This document shows positions 24,515 through 26,020 of a stretch of DNA of 26,020 nt, one piece after another. Origin of the DNA: a virus (taxonomy: Duplodnaviria; Caudoviricetes); IMG/VR virus record IMGVR_UViG_3300030095_000953, positions 1 to 26,020 of that record. One strand, 5' to 3'. The stretch's first letter is position 1. Every line of letters begins with the position of its first letter. The position numbers and the translations under genes are program-made. The notes under the pieces are model-generated. The model was not told the origin of the DNA. It ran no database searches and worked only from the letters and a program-made list of their open reading frames with translations.

Positions 24515-24938
24515 AATCTAAACCTCCATCCCTTGTAAAATCTTTGTATGAGTTAGTCTTTGATTTTTTACCTTGTAAGTGTCGCCGCCGAATATTTCTC
24601 AAGCGTCTATTTTTTAGTAGGTCTTTAACATCCACCAACTCTTCTACGTACCCACCCCGCCTTTCCTCTGTAGGCGATATAACATTAAAACCACTCTTGA
24701 ATTGAGAGTTCCTTCCCACACTAGAAACTGTTGGGGATTCAGCGTCTACCGCACCAAACATATTCCTTCTTGCCAGATGGGTGCGGCATACAGGCTCGCC
24801 TTCGGGAGTTTTTCTGGATGCAGTGTTCTTACATTTAGGTACTACACATTTAGATTTCATTTTCGATCTAAAAGATGCTCCCCCTATGTAGTGACTTGAT
24901 GAATTACCCACGCCCCCTTTTGGCCTACCCATATTCAT
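24504..24938 (-). CDS. Basic hypothetical protein (144 aa) with putative C3H zinc site
   Basis: TAATG overlap with the polymerase stop; GRPKG near the N-terminus; CVVPKC-x14-CRTH; Arg/Lys-rich C-terminus. Confidence 0.65.
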   Translation of the reverse strand: MNMGRPKGGVGNSSSHYIGGASFRSKMKSKCVVPKCKNTASRKTPEGEPVCRTHLARRNMFGAVDAESPTVSSVGRNSQFKSGFNVISPTEERRGGYVEELVDVKDLLKNRRLRNIRRRHLQGKKSKTNSYKDFTRDGGLDYER

Positions 24939-26020
24939 TACTCACAATCTCCATATGCTTTAGCCACCCCTGATTCACAATCCAATGGAAGCCCTTTTGC
25001 CCAATTCGGTACCTTACGCATACACGATTCTACGTACTGTTGTGCTTCCTCTGCTTCTTCTTCTGGCACACAACACACCACTGAATCATGTACAGTCAAT
25101 ACCACCCTGTACTTCTTAGCTATATCCAACATCTGCTCACCGATAATACATCCCGCCAGAGCTTGGCAGACGTTCTCAATTACTTTACCACCGTAAATCC
25201 GAGTACGTCCTTTACGTGTTTGGTAGCTAAACTCTTCACCAAGATCTCCTGTTGTTGAGTCAAGACGCTCGTAACGCATCAATAGTTTAGAAGGTAGACG
25301 TATGTGGCCGTTGATTACACCAATCTCCCCACCTTGGTACTTGAAGCCGTACTCCATTGCCCCGCGAACCCCGAAACATCCCCCCTCCTCATTCTCGTTA
25401 ATCATATCAACTAGCATGAGTTGTGCCTGTCGCCACAAGTGATTGATCTTCCAGTTGGTATCCCTGTAGACCTTGATGATACGTCTTGCTTCGTCAAGAT
25501 CTACATCAAACCCAAAGTTCTTCATCTGTGCTTGGAATTTAACCGCGCCCATACCGTAACCACTACCTAATATTGTGGTTTTACCAACAAAGCGTTCGTC
25601 TTTCGTAACTTCCGATTCGTCTTTCTCGTATATACGGGAGGCCATCTTCACATAAACATCTTCTCCGTCACGAAACGAAGCTACTAAATCGTCTTGCCCT
25701 GCTAACCACGCTAATACCCTCGCCTCAATTTGCGATGAGTCACAATCTATCAACGTGTAACCGTCTGGTGCTACGATGCTACGCTTCAACATCTTACCGT
25801 TCGGCCCTCTACTCGGTAGATTCTGTAGGTTTATCTTGTCATCACCACCCCAACGTCCGGTGTGGGCGGCATGGTACCGCAGTGGTACGGGCAGCAATCC
25901 ACGCTTGGCTATGTCAATGAACCGTTGGGTTCGGGTCTCTTCCAATGTGCTTTTGTAACCGAGTCGTGCAGCAACTAGTGCTTGTACCTTGGGGTTCTCA
26001 TGCTCCTGTAATGCTTTAAA
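24938..26020 (-). CDS. polA: Family A DNA polymerase, C-terminal polymerase domain (5'-truncated by the window edge)
   Basis: Frame open to 26020 (FKALQEHENPKVQALVAARLG...). HTGRW, NLQNLP, motif A DSSQIEARVLA, motif B RFVGKTTILGSGYG, motif C TVHDS. Confidence 0.95.
   Translation of the reverse strand, partial: FKALQEHENPKVQALVAARLGYKSTLEETRTQRFIDIAKRGLLPVPLRYHAAHTGRWGGDDKINLQNLPSRGPNGKMLKRSIVAPDGYTLIDCDSSQIEARVLAWLAGQDDLVASFRDGEDVYVKMASRIYEKDESEVTKDERFVGKTTILGSGYGMGAVKFQAQMKNFGFDVDLDEARRIIKVYRDTNWKINHLWRQAQLMLVDMINENEEGGCFGVRGAMEYGFKYQGGEIGVINGHIRLPSKLLMRYERLDSTTGDLGEEFSYQTRKGRTRIYGGKVIENVCQALAGCIIGEQMLDIAKKYRVVLTVHDSVVCCVPEEEAEEAQQYVESCMRKVPNWAKGLPLDCESGVAKAYGDCE

Larger units (their letters stand above)
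1..26020. mobile_element. Segment of a tailed dsDNA phage genome (podovirus-like virion module convergent with a PolA/SNF2/primase-helicase replication module)
   Basis: Dense, overlapping genes in two convergent blocks; phage-type PolA, primase-helicase, SSB, nucleases and ejection-type proteins; no cellular housekeeping genes. Free phage versus prophage cannot be decided from this window. Confidence 0.93.

Noticed and set aside
25943-25945. TTG start for the polymerase
   Set aside because: The frame continues without a stop to the window edge, so the gene is truncated, not short.
16897-25958. Short + strand ORFs opposite the replication genes, and same-strand out-of-frame ORFs such as 23450-23638
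   Set aside because: They shadow genes with clear catalytic motifs and have no independent support.

Overview
The window is a 26-kb internal segment of a tailed dsDNA bacteriophage genome, probably podovirus-like, with two convergent gene blocks and both ends cut mid-gene. The + strand (1-16260) carries virion genes: the end of a tail/stabilisation protein, two small virion proteins, a very acidic 1496-aa protein, and a cluster of probable internal/ejected proteins. That cluster ends in a 2265-aa polyvalent-type protein with a zincin HExxH site and a PLxRFG-like motif. The - strand (26020-16353) is a replication/recombination module: family-A DNA polymerase (Leu762 type), three small accessory ORFs (one missed by the ORF track), a Cas4/AddB-like nuclease, an HNH-like protein, an SNF2 helicase, a conserved coiled protein, an HTH protein, a 515-aa ORF, a primase-DUF927/SF3 helicase, and a small ORF. 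The most unusual item is the 515-aa ORF, which joins a RecE/ExoVIII-like exonuclease to a T7 gp2.5-like ssDNA-binding protein in one frame and has a plausible internal start for the SSB alone. No tRNA, rRNA, CRISPR array or integrase was seen. All family calls come from motif recognition by eye, not database searches.
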